Source: a bacterium (GTDB lineage Bacteria > Cyanobacteriota > Vampirovibrionia > Gastranaerophilales > Gastranaerophilaceae). From it: a stretch of DNA of 64,000 nucleotides. Position 1 is the stretch's first letter; each line of letters opens with the position of its first letter. The stretch lies in the NCBI GenBank assembly GCA_017482685.1, contig JAFUMP010000024.1:38946-102945 (forward strand), read 5' to 3'. Below are positions 61,593-64,000 of the stretch, in pieces. The translations under genes and the position numbers were made by a program. The notes below the pieces were generated by a model. It was given only the letters and a program-made list of their open reading frames with translations. It had not been told where the DNA came from and made no database searches.

Positions 61593-61786
61593 GGCTTACC
61601 TCATTTTATTTTAATAAAAACAGTTAAGGCTAAAACTCAAGGTATATCATAATAACGACCGTTTAAACTTTCTTCATCAATAACGCAAAAACGGGTGATT
61701 TTTACTTTATGGGTTGTGATAATAAAAATATGGAAATGACGTTTTTACGATATAGCACAATTTTTAGATAAGAAAGGCAGGTAATC

Positions 61787-62377
61787 ATGGCAACATATTC
61801 ATATTTAAGAGTAAGCACAATTGACCAAAACACAGAGAAAAACAAACTTGATGTTTTAAAGTTTGCTAATGAAAAAAAACTCGGAAATGTTGAGTTTGTA
61901 GAAGAACAAATAAGTGGTAAATCAAATTTTAAAAATAGACAGCTAGGTGTTTTATTAGAAAAAATGGAAAAGGGTGACGTTTTGATTGTTCCTGAACTTT
62001 CAAGAATTGCAAGGTCTATTACACAAATATTTGAGGTAATTGATATAACTAAACAAAAAGGCATAACTTTGTATTCTATCAAGGAAGATTTTTCAAACAA
62101 TGATAAAAGTATTACATCAACAGTTACAACAACAATATTTGCACTTGTAGCTCAAATTGAGAGAGATTTAATCAGTTTGAGAACAATTGAAGCACTACAA
62201 GCTAAAAAAGCAGACGGAAAGAAATTAGGCAGACCGACTGGCAGAGGCAAATCAAAACTTGATGAACATATTGAGGAAATTTTAAAGCTAGTAGATTTAC
62301 AAGTCCCTAAAACAATAATAGCTAGACAATACAACACCTCCGTTGCCAACCTCCACAGATTTCTGAAAGGTTGTTAA
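61787..62377 (+). CDS. Serine recombinase (resolvase/invertase family)
   Basis: YLRVSTIDQ, GDVLIVPELSRIARS, LGRP and a C-terminal HTH. Confidence 0.95.
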   Translation: MATYSYLRVSTIDQNTEKNKLDVLKFANEKKLGNVEFVEEQISGKSNFKNRQLGVLLEKMEKGDVLIVPELSRIARSITQIFEVIDITKQKGITLYSIKEDFSNNDKSITSTVTTTIFALVAQIERDLISLRTIEALQAKKADGKKLGRPTGRGKSKLDEHIEEILKLVDLQVPKTIIARQYNTSVANLHRFLKGC

Positions 62378-62487
62378 TATTTCATTAACAACCTTAACAT
62401 TATTGTATATATTATTAATCTTTCTGATAAAATATAATGTAATGGAAGCAAGATAATAATTTTTTATTATCAGATTGGGATAATATA

Positions 62488-63297
62488 TTGCAAGATATTG
62501 ACATTAAAAAAATAATTGAAGAAGACGAATATTTAGTAGAAAGACAAGATCCAACACAATCTGAACGTGAATTATTTTTAAAAGAAGCTGGTTTTGCCTG
62601 TTGCTTGTGTGGGAAAGATTTAAGGAATCATTCCGATGAAAAACAAACTAGATTATATGAAATAGCTCATATATATCCTAACAGACCAACAAAAGAGCAA
62701 TACGTTGAATTAAATGGTGTTGAACGATTGGGAATTAATTCAGAAACCTTTGAAAACAAAATTGCGTTGTGCAGAGATTGTCATAAAATCCAAGATCATC
62801 ATACTAAAAGAGAAGAATATATAAAATTATTAAATATTAAAAAAAGATATCTGACAAAAACAAGATTATTAGAAAGTACTTTTTCACTAGGTTTAGAAAA
62901 AGAAATTGCATATATTGTTGAAAAGATAATAAATATTGACGAAGACAAATTTGTTTCATTATCAGAAGAACCTGTAAAATTAACAAGGAAATTTTTACCC
63001 AAAGAATATTTATTAAAATCAAGCATTCAAGGGTATGTAATGGATTATTACACTTATATTAGAGAACTGTTTAAATCAATAGATGGAAAAAATGATTTTC
63101 AATTTGAAATTTTATGTCTGCAAATAAAAGCGTGTTATAAAAAAATGAGTAAAATATCATCAAATAAAGAAGATGTATTTAATAGTATCGTTGATTGGAT
63201 AAAAAAACAAACTGGTTCAGAATCAGAAGATGCTTGTAGAGTAGTTGTAGCTTTTTTTGTTCAAAACTGTGAGGTTTTTGATGAAATTACCGAATAA
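62488..63297 (+). CDS. HNH endonuclease effector of a Lamassu/ABC three-component system (LmuA-like)
   Basis: CCLCG...EIAHIYP...NKIALCRDCH and a C-terminal VVAFFVQNCEVF tail. Confidence 0.8.
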   Translation: MQDIDIKKIIEEDEYLVERQDPTQSERELFLKEAGFACCLCGKDLRNHSDEKQTRLYEIAHIYPNRPTKEQYVELNGVERLGINSETFENKIALCRDCHKIQDHHTKREEYIKLLNIKKRYLTKTRLLESTFSLGLEKEIAYIVEKIINIDEDKFVSLSEEPVKLTRKFLPKEYLLKSSIQGYVMDYYTYIRELFKSIDGKNDFQFEILCLQIKACYKKMSKISSNKEDVFNSIVDWIKKQTGSESEDACRVVVAFFVQNCEVFDEITE

Positions 63298-63517
63298 AAT
63301 TATATCTTATAAAGAAAGTGTTATTTCAAAAATGCCACCGATATTGAAATTTTTAGATAAATCTGATAAATCAATTTTGGATACATATAAACAAGTTAAG
63401 CATTTATTTAATAATGTTCAAGATTTTATTGATACTTTAGATTGTTTATTTGCACTAAATAAAATATCAATAACAGAAAAAGAGGAATTACATTATGTTA
63501 AAAGAAATATATTGTAA
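63281..63517 (+). CDS. Middle component of the Lamassu/ABC three-component system (LmuC-like)
   Basis: MKLPNKIISYKESVI...FIDTLDCLFALNKI. Overlaps both neighbouring genes. Confidence 0.8.
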   Translation: MKLPNKIISYKESVISKMPPILKFLDKSDKSILDTYKQVKHLFNNVQDFIDTLDCLFALNKISITEKEELHYVKRNIL

Positions 63518-64000
63518 AAAATTTCATCAAAAAACTATAAAATTTAATGATGGTTTAAACGTTGTATTAGGTACAGAAACCGGTAATAATTCTATCGGTA
63601 AGTCAACCTTTTTATTAATAATTGATTTTGTATTTGGTGGCATGACATATACAAAATCTACAGATATTAGTAATAATATTGGAAATCACGATATATTTTT
63701 TACTTTTGAATTTAACAATAAATTATTTAGATTTTGCCGTAATAATTTAGACTCTGATATCGTATGGCAATGTGATGAAAAATATAATAAATTAACAAAT
63801 ATATCATTAAATAATTTCAATAATTGGTTAGCCGAGAAATATGAAATGCAGTTATTAGATTTAACATTTAGAGAAGCTATCAGCAGATATATAAGAGTTT
63901 ATGGTAAAAAAAATTGTAATGAAAATAAACCGCTAGAAGCTTTTGAAAGCGAAAAAGCAGAAAGTGCTATGTATGCATTATTAAAAATATTTGATAAATA
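63495..64000 (+). CDS. SMC-like ABC ATPase (DUF2326/LmuB-like), 3'-truncated by the window edge
   Basis: MLKEIYCKKFHQKTIKFNDGLNVVLGTETGNNSIGKSTFLLIIDFVFGG (Walker A). Absent from the ORF track. Confidence 0.85.
   Translation, partial: MLKEIYCKKFHQKTIKFNDGLNVVLGTETGNNSIGKSTFLLIIDFVFGGMTYTKSTDISNNIGNHDIFFTFEFNNKLFRFCRNNLDSDIVWQCDEKYNKLTNISLNNFNNWLAEKYEMQLLDLTFREAISRYIRVYGKKNCNENKPLEAFESEKAESAMYALLKIFDK

Larger units (their letters stand above)
54168..64000. mobile_element. Integrative element / defence island at tRNA-Gly(GCC), continuing past the window
   Basis: Integrase adjacent to the tRNA 3' end, followed by an excisionase-like HTH gene, retron RT, resolvase and Lamassu-like genes. Very AT-rich. 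Confidence 0.85.

Noticed and set aside
61702-62100. 132-aa minus-strand ORF and other short ORFs nested in long genes (e.g. 3574-3909, 8411-8683, 58104-58331)
   Set aside because: These are antisense or alternate-frame shadows of well-supported genes, without RBS or motifs.

Overview
Low-GC bacterial chromosome segment. The gene content suggests a diderm, fermentative, glycogen-making organism, plausibly Melainabacteria/Gastranaerophilales (inference only). Positions 1-~5650 are the end of a prophage (YqaJ exonuclease, RecT, SSB, short replication protein, DnaB-like helicase, excisionase-like gene, tyrosine integrase) next to tRNA-Gly(TCC). Positions ~6000-53900 are mostly housekeeping genes: pgi, pilus genes, nadA, rlmB, a sigma-70 factor, glnA, glgA, a 2-oxoacid:ferredoxin oxidoreductase operon, pckA, gyrB, a phosphohexomutase, coaX, two WYL regulators, engB, xerC, Skp, Mini-III and rnhB. 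They are interspersed with structured non-coding elements and an unannotated type I toxin-antitoxin-like locus. From tRNA-Gly(GCC) at 54093 to the window end is a second integrative element. It carries an integrase, an excisionase-like HTH gene, a retron-type reverse transcriptase with a very compact candidate msr-msd RNA and an orphan 101-aa partner gene, a kinase-like protein, a serine recombinase and a Lamassu/ABC three-component defence operon with an HNH effector. The best leads are the retron with an unrecognised partner, a 149-bp structured insertion that duplicates the 5' end of tRNA-Gly(TCC), and the type I TA locus. All calls come from reading motifs by eye; no searches were run.
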